Positions 1 through 10,234 of a DNA stretch of 64,000 nt are shown here, in pieces (positions within the stretch are counted from its first letter, which is position 1; each line of letters starts with the position of its first letter). A program made the position numbers and the translations under genes. Source of the DNA: a virus. Taxonomy: Duplodnaviria; Caudoviricetes. The notes under the pieces are model-generated. The model was not told where the DNA came from. It made no database searches and saw only the letters and a program-made list of their open reading frames with translations. The stretch covers positions 96,001 through 160,000 of IMG/VR virus record IMGVR_UViG_3300037067_016568; one strand, 5' to 3'.

Positions 1-701
1 GATGTCAGTTTAAGTTGTGATGGGCATGCATCTGGATTACCTATGATAGATCGTGTAACTACTAAATAGTTCTCTGTTTCACTTATTTCTTCAGTCCCAA
101 TAGAGGTAATAGCGCGAGTAACATTTTGATTTACTCTTTCTAACGATGCAGGTTCCGGTTGGATAGTGATACTAAATGGCGCATTCGCGCCGTCATCGCC
201 AGCGGGACCATTAGGACCGTATGGCAGATAATCTTGTCCTCGCGGACCGGTGTCACCCTTATCTCCTTTAGGACCACGAGGTGAGCGAACCACAAAACGC
301 TCACTATCGATCATAAATTGAAAGAATGCTGTGGTATCGATTGTAAAGTTAAATGCATAAGTGTTCTGATGAATCTGTCTCGTAATCGTAGAAACATCGC
401 TTATCTTAGCATTGCTGTCTATTTTGACATATTCATCGCCTTCTACCAAAGCGATAGTACCACTCGAAAACGCATAATCATACCCAGCAACAGTGATAGT
501 AGTTTGAGGTGGTGGGACAATCAAGCCATTTAATTTTTTTAAATCGCTCGATGCCATCAATCCAGACATCAACGGCGTAGCGAGTGTTATGGTGCCTCCC
601 TCTTGCTGATGCCAGATGTGCAGAATGGCATCGTAAACATAGGTAAGACCATCTTCTACCGTTACTACATCACCGTTTTTAGGATTCGGAGGGAAAGGCA
701 T
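1..701 (-). CDS. Collagen-repeat virion fibre-like protein, partial (runs off left edge; absent from ORF track)
   Basis: ATG at 701, open to window edge: MPFPPNPKNGDVVTVEDGLTYVY...LATPLMSGLMASSDLKKLNGL...GPKGDKGDTGPRGQD...GPNGPAGDDG. Same N-terminal layout as the 1329-aa neighbour. Confidence 0.75.
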   Translation of the reverse strand, partial: MPFPPNPKNGDVVTVEDGLTYVYDAILHIWHQQEGGTITLATPLMSGLMASSDLKKLNGLIVPPPQTTITVAGYDYAFSSGTIALVEGDEYVKIDSNAKISDVSTITRQIHQNTYAFNFTIDTTAFFQFMIDSERFVVRSPRGPKGDKGDTGPRGQDYLPYGPNGPAGDDGANAPFSITIQPEPASLERVNQNVTRAITSIGTEEISETENYLVVTRSIIGNPDACPSQLKLT

Positions 702-708
702 ATTACTC

Positions 709-1185
709 TCACTGTCCAATAAGTGCTGGTGGTATGTGTCTCCAAATTCTTACACGGACGCTCCCGACTGAATCGGCTGGTGGTGAAAATCGCAGTCTAT
801 GAGGAGAAGTAAATTCCAGATAGAAGCAATTATTCAAATCGGTCATGTCAACACGTTTAAACGCCTCAACGTTTGTTGCTTCGACTTCTATAGGATACCC
901 TATAGAAGTCCAATTGGTACCAGCGCTGCTTTTCCATTCAACTTGTAATCCACGTTTTCCGCCGACAACAAATACAGCGGGGCTTCCTTTCAGTAACAGA
1001 AACGCACCACTTATATATTTAACTATATAACCGCCCAGCGGGAGCAATAATGAAACTGATCCTTTATCGCATACATCTATTGACTTTATAAGCCCTGTAG
1101 GATTTCCAGAGACTTCTATAATTCCAAAATCATCTGGTAAAGAATTTATATATTCTGGTCCAAATATACTAGCTGCTATTGACAT
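709..1185 (-). CDS. Hypothetical protein between two fibre-like genes
   Basis: 158-aa ORF tightly packed between structural-type genes. Confidence 0.6.
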   Translation of the reverse strand: MSIAASIFGPEYINSLPDDFGIIEVSGNPTGLIKSIDVCDKGSVSLLLPLGGYIVKYISGAFLLLKGSPAVFVVGGKRGLQVEWKSSAGTNWTSIGYPIEVEATNVEAFKRVDMTDLNNCFYLEFTSPHRLRFSPPADSVGSVRVRIWRHIPPALIGQ

Positions 1186-1195
1186 TTAATACTGC

Positions 1196-4100
1196 CTACG
1201 GGCTGCCGCAATCTGAGCATGGAATTGTCGTGTCGACTACCTTAGCACATTCAGTGCTTCTATAGCTACTCCACCAAGCGTCATCACCCACATGGAAAAT
1301 AGTATCATTATCTTTATTTAGAAAATAAACAGTGGCAGTATTTATCGCTTGCAACCACCTACCACTGTAATCTATTTCTACAACCAATGGGTGCCTGTAT
1401 CCATATGTCGTGTACCCTGAGGCCGGAACGGTGCATTCTAATTCCAACACAGCAGCATTAATTTCATCTGACATTACAAATCCAACGTCAGTTTCAATCG
1501 TATCGACAGAATCGGTCAATCTAGGGCCAATCCATCGACCCAATTCTTCATCATAGTATGACAGTGGCGACGACTGATCTACCTCAACACCATGAGTTGT
1601 ATTGTTATGTTCTGATACGGCTCGATTGATCCAATATACCGAGTCTGGCCGCATCGATTCTGTTGTATCTAATAAGACAGCTATTAAATCAGGGCAACTT
1701 GCTCCATTATTTGTGATTTCATTGTAGAATTCTATTATATCAGTGGCTGTTACACGTTTTTGACCAAAGCCACGCCAAGGAAGAACTTTATGAGTAATAG
1801 TTCCTTTACTGTCTTGTGGAAAACTGCCATCTTCTATCGACGTGTCGACGTTTGTCCCCCAAGAAATATCAGGTAAAATATCATGCTCATCTTCTTGATA
1901 ATCGTGAGCTTTATCTATAGTCCAGCCTTTTGTCTTCGAACCGTCGGCGTCTGCATATTGGTCAGGGCCGCGATCCGTTTGCTCATAATAAACAGATTGT
2001 CCTGGATTTGCTAACTGTAAAACACCTATCGTCACCTGCTGTCCAGAACATAGTGAGCTAAGCCATGTATTCCATCTTGACTTGTCATATTTATAATTAT
2101 CGTATCCTTGATTGAATCCACTACCTTCATAACTGACGTATCCATCGTTGCTTGTTGGTGTAGTTGGACAGTTAGATTCATCAGTAATAACGAGTATCAA
2201 CATTTGATACGAAGCTGTCGGAATATACGTAGGCTTTGGCATCCAATAATAAAGCAATTGCTCAGCTATACCAACAGCTCTACCAAGCCAACGCTCAGCC
2301 GCATCAATAGTCGATCTTACATACAAAGTCGGAAATAGAATCGACTGCTTAGCAGGCGATACATACTCCCAACCCCATAAATAAGCATCACTTGCTTTCT
2401 TCGTTGTGTAACCGTCAATTACTGGTGGAACAGCTAATTCGCCAGCTTTGTTTGTTCCTATATCAACAGTATCTGTTGATATGTGTAAATTAGGATAAAC
2501 CTTCTGGATTAAAGAAACACCGGCATCAACAGTATCATTCACATTTGTGGGATTACCTAAGGAACCTGAGGTATCAACAACAACATATAAAATTGTAGGT
2601 GCATAATCACCATTATCTATGATATTATTAAACACTGCCAACATATCATCAGCAGTAAATGACGCGGCGCTCGTTTGAGCTATCGTGATTTTGTTCCTGT
2701 CTGTATCACCGGGCCACGATGCGTTGCTCGGCTTTAAAGCGCCGCCTAACGGCGGATTACCGGCATATCCTTTAGGTTGCAGGATGCCTAATCGAATTTT
2801 ATTGTCGCTGCCTTGTAAAATTGCCAGGTAATCTTTCCACTTTGCTGCATCATATTCCCAAGCTGTCGTATTTGGCGGTATCCCAACTGGTCCACTCACA
2901 CCATCCGGTCCTTTATAACCGCTATAGCTATAAATCGGACTTGCTTCATCTGTTATACACATAATGACAACACGATCATTGCCAGGTATGGTAACGGACG
3001 GACATTGTGAACACATATATCTGCTAGCTGTCTTCGTTGCATCAACTAACCATCGATCATCTTGATTGTGATCTGGTGATGACGAACCAATGGTAGAAAT
3101 AAAACAGATGTCTGGATATAGCTTTTCTAACTCTGCAACAGCATCATCTAACGCTTTTTGCTCTTCTAATGCGTATTCGGCGACTTTGCTCATTGCTTTG
3201 GATTTAAACAAAATATTTATCTGATTAGGCAAAAAATCACTGCCGCAAAGCTTAATCGGCCTAGAATCATCATCATAATCGATATTAGTAAGCATCTTCT
3301 CCACAAAAGTTACAATATTGCTCGACGTAATCTTTGGACTTTGCACAGATAACAGATGATAAAATGTATGATCTCTCATAGAGTCATACGGTAAAGAACA
3401 TTCTGCACACAGCATATCACGCTCATCGCCATAATAGGCAGTATCAGTATTAGGGATTTGAAGCAATCCCAAGGCAACAACCTGGTTTGAAGTCAAACTA
3501 TTGATAAACTTCTCCCATGCTGCCTTATCGTTATTATAATAATTTACTATAGCTAGGTCTTCGCTTGGTATGCCGGTTACATATACTGGATTCGCTTCAT
3601 CAGTAATGATTATCTGCATCATGCGATACGGCAACAAGCATTTAGCTGGATTGGTAGGATCAAATGGTGCAGAAGCAGAATACTGCGTCCGCACTAATGC
3701 AGTATTGTCTGACACAGATGACTCATCATCAGATCCAACAGCCAAAGTCGTGACACCTGTTGCACCAGGAGCAGGTTGTGGCGTCTGACCTGCCTGAACA
3801 ATAGGAACCACAACGTCAATCTTAAGCACTACATCTGTACCAGCATTATGTGTTGTAGCTGTAGTACTATCATGTCCTCTTGTAACGGTCCAGATAGTAG
3901 TGCCAAATCCACCAGTAACTAGCATATGCTCGGTACCGACCATTACAGTATATGATTCATCTGTAGGGAATCCAGCATATGAATCAACGCCTATTTGCGT
4001 ATCAGTTTCAGAAATGTCAGATACTATTTTCGTATTTGCTATTCCAGTTGAGCAATCAGATGGAGCTATACCAAGACAGAATTCTAGAGGGCGCTGAAAT

Positions 4101-5185
4101 TCGCATTGTGCCACTTGTTGTGCTATCGTCGCTAGAGCTTCTCTGGCCGCTGCATCCTTGCTCTCAATATACGACTTCATCTGGGCCATCCATATGTCCT
4201 GAAACGACGCCAGCTTCTCTTTATATGAATCAACAACAACTTTAACCAAATCACTTAGTTTTGTCAATTCAATTGATGAAACCTCTCCAACCTGCAAATC
4301 TGGTGACATCTTTACAAGCAGCACATCAGCTGTATCTGGATCGGACAGTGGGTCTCCGTTTGGATATGCCAACACCCAATCATCCAGCGTGACATAATCT
4401 TTTCCGTCCTCTGGAATAGTTGGATATGAAAGCGATCTCTGTATCGGTTGCGCAGATAATTGGTCCGCTGGTGCCGTATTGGATGGCACATTCATTTTGG
4501 CAGTTGTATATGACATCAGCCCGGCTGTTCCGTCCATGCGTAACGCAACCACTGCTGTGTCGACTATATCTGATGTATCAACAACTTTAATCCCGCTGAA
4601 AGTATGGGCGACTGTTGCATCTAGCCCAGCATCACCTTTCTCACCTTCCGGGCCATCATTAAACCCATCAATGCCAGCGGGCCCTGTAGCTCCTTTTTCA
4701 CCCTTTCTGCCAATAGGCCCAACCACTTCTAGACACAGAGCATCTATAAAATTCTGACTGAGCGAAAATCGCAATCCTGACAAATTAGTACCAGAAGCAT
4801 CATCAGGCAGTGCCTGCCCTAAATATGGTGCTCCGTCTGCATCGATACATTCAATGTTCAGACTATCACTATGTAATTGGACTTGCCCGCTGACTAGACC
4901 AACCTGATTATCAGGAGACCTAATTATTGCACCTTGTTCGGTAACAATTCCAAATGCACCAGCAATAACAGGAATAGAATCTAAGAACCTCTTGCTTTGT
5001 GAACTCATCAACCCTGTCGTATTGACATCGGCCAATGGATAGGTAGTGGCAGTACCTATATTAACCCAAACGTCAAGGTCAGCCGTCCATCGCCATCTTA
5101 CCAGGTTCCCGTCTACCCATATCTGGCCATCAACTGGATTTGTAGGCAATCGATTAGATGTAGAATTCTCGTTTTGTATAGACAT
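1196..5185 (-). CDS. Large virion fibre/adhesin-like protein with collagen triplets and three vWA-like repeats
   Basis: GPIGRKGEKGATGPAGIDG collagen segment; TVTRGHDSTTATTH motif typical of phage tail proteins; three modules with hhhTDE, LGhLQ and RWL motifs, two with DTSGS/DTTES. Confidence 0.7.
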   Translation of the reverse strand: MSIQNENSTSNRLPTNPVDGQIWVDGNLVRWRWTADLDVWVNIGTATTYPLADVNTTGLMSSQSKRFLDSIPVIAGAFGIVTEQGAIIRSPDNQVGLVSGQVQLHSDSLNIECIDADGAPYLGQALPDDASGTNLSGLRFSLSQNFIDALCLEVVGPIGRKGEKGATGPAGIDGFNDGPEGEKGDAGLDATVAHTFSGIKVVDTSDIVDTAVVALRMDGTAGLMSYTTAKMNVPSNTAPADQLSAQPIQRSLSYPTIPEDGKDYVTLDDWVLAYPNGDPLSDPDTADVLLVKMSPDLQVGEVSSIELTKLSDLVKVVVDSYKEKLASFQDIWMAQMKSYIESKDAAAREALATIAQQVAQCEFQRPLEFCLGIAPSDCSTGIANTKIVSDISETDTQIGVDSYAGFPTDESYTVMVGTEHMLVTGGFGTTIWTVTRGHDSTTATTHNAGTDVVLKIDVVVPIVQAGQTPQPAPGATGVTTLAVGSDDESSVSDNTALVRTQYSASAPFDPTNPAKCLLPYRMMQIIITDEANPVYVTGIPSEDLAIVNYYNNDKAAWEKFINSLTSNQVVALGLLQIPNTDTAYYGDERDMLCAECSLPYDSMRDHTFYHLLSVQSPKITSSNIVTFVEKMLTNIDYDDDSRPIKLCGSDFLPNQINILFKSKAMSKVAEYALEEQKALDDAVAELEKLYPDICFISTIGSSSPDHNQDDRWLVDATKTASRYMCSQCPSVTIPGNDRVVIMCITDEASPIYSYSGYKGPDGVSGPVGIPPNTTAWEYDAAKWKDYLAILQGSDNKIRLGILQPKGYAGNPPLGGALKPSNASWPGDTDRNKITIAQTSAASFTADDMLAVFNNIIDNGDYAPTILYVVVDTSGSLGNPTNVNDTVDAGVSLIQKVYPNLHISTDTVDIGTNKAGELAVPPVIDGYTTKKASDAYLWGWEYVSPAKQSILFPTLYVRSTIDAAERWLGRAVGIAEQLLYYWMPKPTYIPTASYQMLILVITDESNCPTTPTSNDGYVSYEGSGFNQGYDNYKYDKSRWNTWLSSLCSGQQVTIGVLQLANPGQSVYYEQTDRGPDQYADADGSKTKGWTIDKAHDYQEDEHDILPDISWGTNVDTSIEDGSFPQDSKGTITHKVLPWRGFGQKRVTATDIIEFYNEITNNGASCPDLIAVLLDTTESMRPDSVYWINRAVSEHNNTTHGVEVDQSSPLSYYDEELGRWIGPRLTDSVDTIETDVGFVMSDEINAAVLELECTVPASGYTTYGYRHPLVVEIDYSGRWLQAINTATVYFLNKDNDTIFHVGDDAWWSSYRSTECAKVVDTTIPCSDCGSP

Positions 5186-5240
5186 AGAATGATCCTGCTT
5201 TTCCCTATATTTCCTCCCAGTATCTACACTACTATTATGG

Positions 5241-5408
5241 CTACGATGTTGGCTTTTTTACGAGTGCCAAGCACAGTAGCCAGATAATAGCAGCAATAAT
5301 ATAGGTGCGGACATCTACGACAAAGAATTCCGCCAACTTGACAGCACCAATATATGCCAAAATCAACAACAAGACAGATGCCAAAATTGTTGATTTTGTG
5401 TGCTGCAT
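5241..5408 (-). CDS. Small two-TM membrane protein (55 aa)
   Basis: MQHTKSTILASVLLLILAYIGAVKLAEFFVVDVRTYIIAAIIWLLCLALVKKPTS; fills the gap between two ORFs; below ORF-track cutoff. Confidence 0.55.
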   Translation of the reverse strand: MQHTKSTILASVLLLILAYIGAVKLAEFFVVDVRTYIIAAIIWLLCLALVKKPTS

Positions 5409-5409
5409 A

Positions 5410-5814
5410 CTACTCGCCATCCAATTTATTTAACTGATGGGCAAACGCCATAATGGCTTTGTTCGAACTTCCATGCTCCAAGATATGATGCCCAAGAGCT
5501 ATACAAAAATCAACATCGAGCAATATTGGTATGTAGTCAGCCATTACCAAAAATGCTCCAATTTGGAACGAAAAGGGGGTTTTACCGTTGGCCTTTTCAT
5601 GCCGCTCCACAGTCCGATCGTGAGACGAAGACCTTCTTTCTGGCTCCGGCTCAAAATCGAGCTCTGGTTCTAGCTCATCGGCACCGTATGGGTTTTGGGT
5701 CTGGTCATCTTCAGGCTCATCTGTCCTACGAGGACAAGTTTTTTCGTGAAGAGTCAAGCCAGATTTGCTCTTAACGGGCTTTCCACAAAACCTGCAACAC
5801 AGTTGTTGGTTCAT
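5410..5814 (-). CDS. Zinc-finger protein (C2HC-type)
   Basis: CRFCGKPVKSKSGLTLHEKTC at the N-terminus. Confidence 0.65.
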   Translation of the reverse strand: MNQQLCCRFCGKPVKSKSGLTLHEKTCPRRTDEPEDDQTQNPYGADELEPELDFEPEPERRSSSHDRTVERHEKANGKTPFSFQIGAFLVMADYIPILLDVDFCIALGHHILEHGSSNKAIMAFAHQLNKLDGE

Positions 5815-5888
5815 CGCTAGCTTTCTATAAAAATGGGTGTCACTTATAACTAGAACTCATAAAGAGTCAAGCATGCAAAGATACATTT

Positions 5889-6143
5889 ATGGAATCATTT
5901 TTTGACGAGCTAAAGCTCATAAAAGCCGGGAATGTTTTATACCAGGGGTGGCTTGATTATGCTTTATCATTCACCAAATCAGATATACGAGAAATTATCG
6001 AGAATGGCCTAACATACCAGGCAAACAGTTTGCGTTCTATGATTCGTGAATTGGTCGCCGGGCAGGTCATACCAGAAACACTACATCGCAAGCTAGACAT
6101 AATTTTGGTTGCCACTAGACGCAAAGCTGATCAATTGAGATAA
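5889..6143 (+). CDS. Hypothetical protein
   Basis: 84-aa ORF in otherwise empty space. Confidence 0.55.
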   Translation: MESFFDELKLIKAGNVLYQGWLDYALSFTKSDIREIIENGLTYQANSLRSMIRELVAGQVIPETLHRKLDIILVATRRKADQLR

Positions 6144-6223
6144 CTTATATTCTCCGCATTATCGCTGATTTAAATACGCATTACATTGTGTTTTGCTTAC
6201 ATTTGAACCGGCTCTTACTTAAG

Positions 6224-6466
6224 TCAAGACACCAATTCATTCGGATGGATTACTTCAGCTATACGAGCAATTCCATCAGGATATAATATTTCTGCAATTG
6301 TCTCTGCGATCTCATGTCGCATAGTTTTGTCGCATTCAGAATCCATAGCTTCAAACAACTCAAGAAGCGTATGTACTTTTGTATCGTTCTGCAGAATTTT
6401 GCGAACTAATTTCTTACGAACTCTGTCTGCATTCATGCTATCAGAATCTCCAACATTAAATACCAA
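6224..6466 (-). CDS. Hypothetical protein (start may be ~6436)
   Basis: ORF with plausible helical composition. Confidence 0.5.
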   Translation of the reverse strand: MVFNVGDSDSMNADRVRKKLVRKILQNDTKVHTLLELFEAMDSECDKTMRHEIAETIAEILYPDGIARIAEVIHPNELVS

Positions 6467-6500
6467 TCACGTATTTAACGACTAACATAAGGAGCCATAT

Positions 6501-7052
6501 ATGGCAACAGTCTGGCCAGCAACACACGACGTTTTTGACAAATTACAAGAAGTCAAGGATAAATATCACTCTAATTTGGGAGAGATATCAGTAGTCGTTG
6601 AATTCTCAGACGCCAAACCATTCAAAGTCAATCGTCTAAATCTTGGCAATGTGCGCAAATTTTCATGCGCCAATAAAATTTGGCAAAAAGGTGACTTCGA
6701 CTTCTGCATTACAATCGTCGGTGAAGTTTGGCAGGACATACTTCAAGGCGACGAACAACATAATGCAATACTAGATTTGCATTTGACACGGATTGAACCG
6801 GTCTGCGTACCGCAAATCATTGTCGAAAATAAGAAGCGCCATGCTGTAAAAGACGAATTTGGTAGAATCGTTTTTACCGAAGAACAAAAACTTGATAAAA
6901 ACGGTAATCCAATGTGGCGTATAGTCCCAATCGATCTCGGTGTATTGTCTCAAAATATACGCCGATTTGGATATTGGTTCGAGGACTTGGTAGAATTTCG
7001 CGACAATCTTCTTATACTATCACATTCGGACTCTAAGGTGGAGATGCAATGA
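6501..7052 (+). CDS. Putative phage metallopeptidase-like protein, HExxH apparently lost
   Basis: GGAG RBS; DFDFCITI...W...AILDLHLTRI...WRIVPIDL...IRRFG pattern resembles that family, but DLHLT replaces HELxH. Confidence 0.5.
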   Translation: MATVWPATHDVFDKLQEVKDKYHSNLGEISVVVEFSDAKPFKVNRLNLGNVRKFSCANKIWQKGDFDFCITIVGEVWQDILQGDEQHNAILDLHLTRIEPVCVPQIIVENKKRHAVKDEFGRIVFTEEQKLDKNGNPMWRIVPIDLGVLSQNIRRFGYWFEDLVEFRDNLLILSHSDSKVEMQ

Positions 7053-7981
7053 GTATATCATCAAGGCTAGATGCCTCAAAGGACATTGAAGATTTCGAGT
7101 TACAACAATCGACCAAAAAAGCCTTAGGGGATCTTCTAAACGCCAAAGCAGAAGGCAAATTGATCGAATGCCTCGACGACGGATTTGTCAGATTAGTCGA
7201 CCATATGGGCGACGATTCCGCAATTGTGCAGGCAGCTAGAGTAAGTTATGGAGCGGGCACAAAATCCGTCAGCGATGATAGAAGCCTCATTCGCTACCTG
7301 ATGAAAAACCGCCACACAACGCCCTTTGAGATGATAGAGTTTAAGTTCCACGTTCGTGTGCCGATGGACTGCTGGCGTCAATGGATCAGGACGAGAACGG
7401 CTTCTGTTAATGAATATTCGACCAGATATTCTGAGGCTATTGACTCAATGCAGGCTGTAAAAACATGGCGGTGCCAAAGCACAACAAACAAACAGGGTTC
7501 CTCGGAGCAAAGAGTTGAATGGCCAGACGATGCTACTTTGAGAGATATTTCAGCAGAGGAATATCTCTCAAATAGAGAAGCAGAGTTCCATCAAAAAGCT
7601 AGAGATTTATATAAGGAGCGGCTAGCTTTCGGCATCGCCAGAGAACAAGCAAGAAAAGATCTACCGCTTAGCACCTACACCGAAGCATATTGGAAAATTG
7701 ACGGTCATAATTTATTGCATTTTCTTGGGCTTCGTATGGATGGGCATGCTCAGCAAGAGATTAGAGAGTATGCGTATGCGATATGGAATTTGATACGAGA
7801 TATCGTACCATTTACATGTGAAGCTTTTGAAGATTACCGTTTGGACGCAATGACGTTCAGCCAAGTAGAAATCTGGGAGCTATGTAGAATACTGCATCCA
7901 GACAAATCGTACCCGACAAAATCGCTGGGAACGCGAGAACGCAAAGAATTCTTAGAAAAGTTAAATCGACTAGATTTATGA
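7049..7981 (+). CDS. thyX: Flavin-dependent thymidylate synthase
   Basis: IVQAARVSY, RHTTPFE, WIRTRTASVNEYSTRY, AREQARKDLP, HAQQEIR. Confidence 0.97.
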   Translation: MSISSRLDASKDIEDFELQQSTKKALGDLLNAKAEGKLIECLDDGFVRLVDHMGDDSAIVQAARVSYGAGTKSVSDDRSLIRYLMKNRHTTPFEMIEFKFHVRVPMDCWRQWIRTRTASVNEYSTRYSEAIDSMQAVKTWRCQSTTNKQGSSEQRVEWPDDATLRDISAEEYLSNREAEFHQKARDLYKERLAFGIAREQARKDLPLSTYTEAYWKIDGHNLLHFLGLRMDGHAQQEIREYAYAIWNLIRDIVPFTCEAFEDYRLDAMTFSQVEIWELCRILHPDKSYPTKSLGTRERKEFLEKLNRLDL

Positions 7982-8391
7982 TCGGCGATAACGAGATATC
8001 TACTGTCGCCAAGAAATTCGATGTCGGATGGGAGAACGACAAAGAACATACTGATTATAGCTATTCAGGCGGCAGAAACATCTATCTCGGAAGGTATAAA
8101 GACCCAGAGCTAAGATTAGTTTCTTTTTTCCACGAGCTAGGCCACGTTCTAATCCCGCAAGATTTCAGAGAAAAGTGGGATTTCAATAAACTGATTTTGG
8201 AAATAGAATGCTGGAGTATAGGCTTGGAGATAGCCAGACAAGAAGGCATTTTATTTTCAGACTCAGCATTGAAATGGGGATATGGGCAAGCTCTTACCTA
8301 TGCTGGATGGGAAGAAAGAGAACTCATTCCAGAAGCCTGGGAAAAACGTAGAATAAAACTATGGATATCACTAAACAGGCTGGACCTGTAA
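7978..8391 (+). CDS. HExxH zinc metallopeptidase-like protein
   Basis: SFFHELGHV followed by a downstream E (EIECW). Confidence 0.6.
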   Translation: MIGDNEISTVAKKFDVGWENDKEHTDYSYSGGRNIYLGRYKDPELRLVSFFHELGHVLIPQDFREKWDFNKLILEIECWSIGLEIARQEGILFSDSALKWGYGQALTYAGWEERELIPEAWEKRRIKLWISLNRLDL

Positions 8392-8727
8392 GCTATCCGA
8401 TTTGATTTTCTTCTCCACATAGTCGATTGTACGCCGCACCTTGTTCATAAAAGAACGTGCGTCTGCAATACATGCATCTACAGCCTCTTGCGGAGTATCA
8501 AACCTGCCATTGTTCTCAAAGAAACTGTCACCACAGCCAGGAATATCGTCGCGGGTCGTCAGCATCGCAAAATACTTGCCAGCCGTAGCCAGATGGACGG
8601 AAACGAATTTGTTGATAGCCATGCAGTGCCAACCGCAGTTGTCCCATATTTTCAACTGCCAGTCTGCTCCCAGTAAACCATCCATCATTTCAGCGCCTTT
8701 AGCTCTTGCCTCAGTTTCTGTCATCAT
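8371..8727 (-). CDS. Hypothetical protein
   Basis: GGAGG RBS; 118-aa ORF. Confidence 0.65.
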   Translation of the reverse strand: MMTETEARAKGAEMMDGLLGADWQLKIWDNCGWHCMAINKFVSVHLATAGKYFAMLTTRDDIPGCGDSFFENNGRFDTPQEAVDACIADARSFMNKVRRTIDYVEKKIKSDSLQVQPV

Positions 8728-8739
8728 TATAGACCTCCT

Positions 8740-9177
8740 TTAGCGACTGTAAATACGACCAACATAGATGGGTTGTAATGGATATCCCCACCCCGCAGTG
8801 CAACGTGGGTAAGAATAATTGTAGTTGTAATATCTATACTTGTAATAAGAGCGATGCCAGTAGGTTTGCGCCCGTATCTGCATTTTCGCCATTTTAATTG
8901 CGAAGTTTCTTTCGTCTCGCAATCTCTTTTCCTCTTTTTTGATGATATATGCCTTGGCCGTGGCTGCAATTTGCGTCGGCGTCATTGCATTCAATTTCTT
9001 CTCCCATTCTGCCACTTTCTTATCATTGAATCGCAAGTCTACCATCAAATAAGCAAGCAGCCATTCCTTTTGCTGCTGCGCCGTCATGCTGTCTATTGGC
9101 AATGGCTTCTGCTGTGGTACTTGAGCCTTCGGGACTTGCGACAGAACAATAGCTGATACAAGAATTAACACACTCAT
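8740..9177 (-). CDS. Putative secreted protein
   Basis: Hydrophobic N-terminus, Tyr-rich C-terminus; ATGA-coupled to upstream ORF. Confidence 0.6.
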   Translation of the reverse strand: MSVLILVSAIVLSQVPKAQVPQQKPLPIDSMTAQQQKEWLLAYLMVDLRFNDKKVAEWEKKLNAMTPTQIAATAKAYIIKKEEKRLRDERNFAIKMAKMQIRAQTYWHRSYYKYRYYNYNYSYPRCTAGWGYPLQPIYVGRIYSR

Positions 9178-9458
9178 TGTTCGTCTCCTTTGTCGACAAC
9201 ACCGACACTCATAAACTGTTCATGCAAGCGATGAAGTTTATCATAAAATATTTTGACGCCCTCAGCATCTTCCAACACAACGGAATCGATCATATTCTTG
9301 AATTCAAGTGCCATCGCAGTGTATAGTCGTTCAAGCTTTTCGATCTCTTCTGTCGCACGACGTAATTCACGGCTGCGACAGAAGAGCTTAATGCTCATAT
9401 AGATGGTCATCAGAGAGCAGAACAAACATACAAAATTGCATATAGCGAATAGTATCAT
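9174..9458 (-). CDS. Membrane-anchored coiled-coil protein
   Basis: N-terminal hydrophobic segment then heptads. Confidence 0.55.
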   Translation of the reverse strand: MILFAICNFVCLFCSLMTIYMSIKLFCRSRELRRATEEIEKLERLYTAMALEFKNMIDSVVLEDAEGVKIFYDKLHRLHEQFMSVGVVDKGDEQ

Positions 9459-9459
9459 A

Positions 9460-9924
9460 TCAGTCCAAATTAATTACGCGGTCTATGTCGTCGAGTTTGG
9501 AAGATGGAGACGCAAAAACTTTATCTTGCTCTCGGACCAATTCTACAATATTATCTACATTAATGGCGTGATGCCCATCGATTGCTTGTGTAATCTGTAA
9601 TTCGGTCAAGATACCAAACTGCCATGCTCGCAAGCATGCAATCATGTTGTCTAGGCTCTCTCTGCATACATCCTTATAAAGAAGCCAAATACGCGACTCA
9701 TAGATGCCCAGAGAATCCAGCGACATCAAAGCACTTATTCCATTTAGAACCTCTTCGCTTTTCAGAAGTTCTACACAAATACGCACGGCTCCAGGATTGC
9801 CACCGGCCATTTTCATAATGGCGGTCATGGTATTGTCATCTAACGACAACCGCTCCTTTTTCTTTGGTGCCCTGTGTAGTGCTTCAAAAGGGCTACCACC
9901 CGACCAACATGCTGAACCCATCAC
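9460..9924 (-). CDS. Hypothetical phage protein (MAGGNPGA motif)
   Basis: MAGGNPGA...LDSLGIYESRIWLLYKDVC. Confidence 0.65.
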   Translation of the reverse strand: MMGSACWSGGSPFEALHRAPKKKERLSLDDNTMTAIMKMAGGNPGAVRICVELLKSEEVLNGISALMSLDSLGIYESRIWLLYKDVCRESLDNMIACLRAWQFGILTELQITQAIDGHHAINVDNIVELVREQDKVFASPSSKLDDIDRVINLD

Positions 9925-10017
9925 TATAACTCCAGAATACTATGTCCCTTACATCTATAATTTTTGTAGCATCAAAAGATATGCTAATTAATCCGAGAAG
10001 GATGTCAAATATACAGT

Positions 10018-10233
10018 ATGAAACTTATACAACTATCAGAAGATGGTGTAACTAGGGAGAGGAAACAAACCTCACAACCCAAAAAACGGGTATGGCAGAC
10101 TGACGAGCACCAGGGAAAGAAATGTAGTGCAGCTAGGTCTGTAGGTCCGGAAGCTAAACCATATAGATGGAGCACAGGAAAACCGATGTCGGGGGATGGT
10201 TACGCTGAACATATCTTGAAACCAGGACACTAG
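10018..10233 (+). CDS. Hypothetical protein
   Basis: 71-aa ORF divergent from 9924. Confidence 0.5.
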   Translation: MKLIQLSEDGVTRERKQTSQPKKRVWQTDEHQGKKCSAARSVGPEAKPYRWSTGKPMSGDGYAEHILKPGH

Positions 10234-10234
10234 C

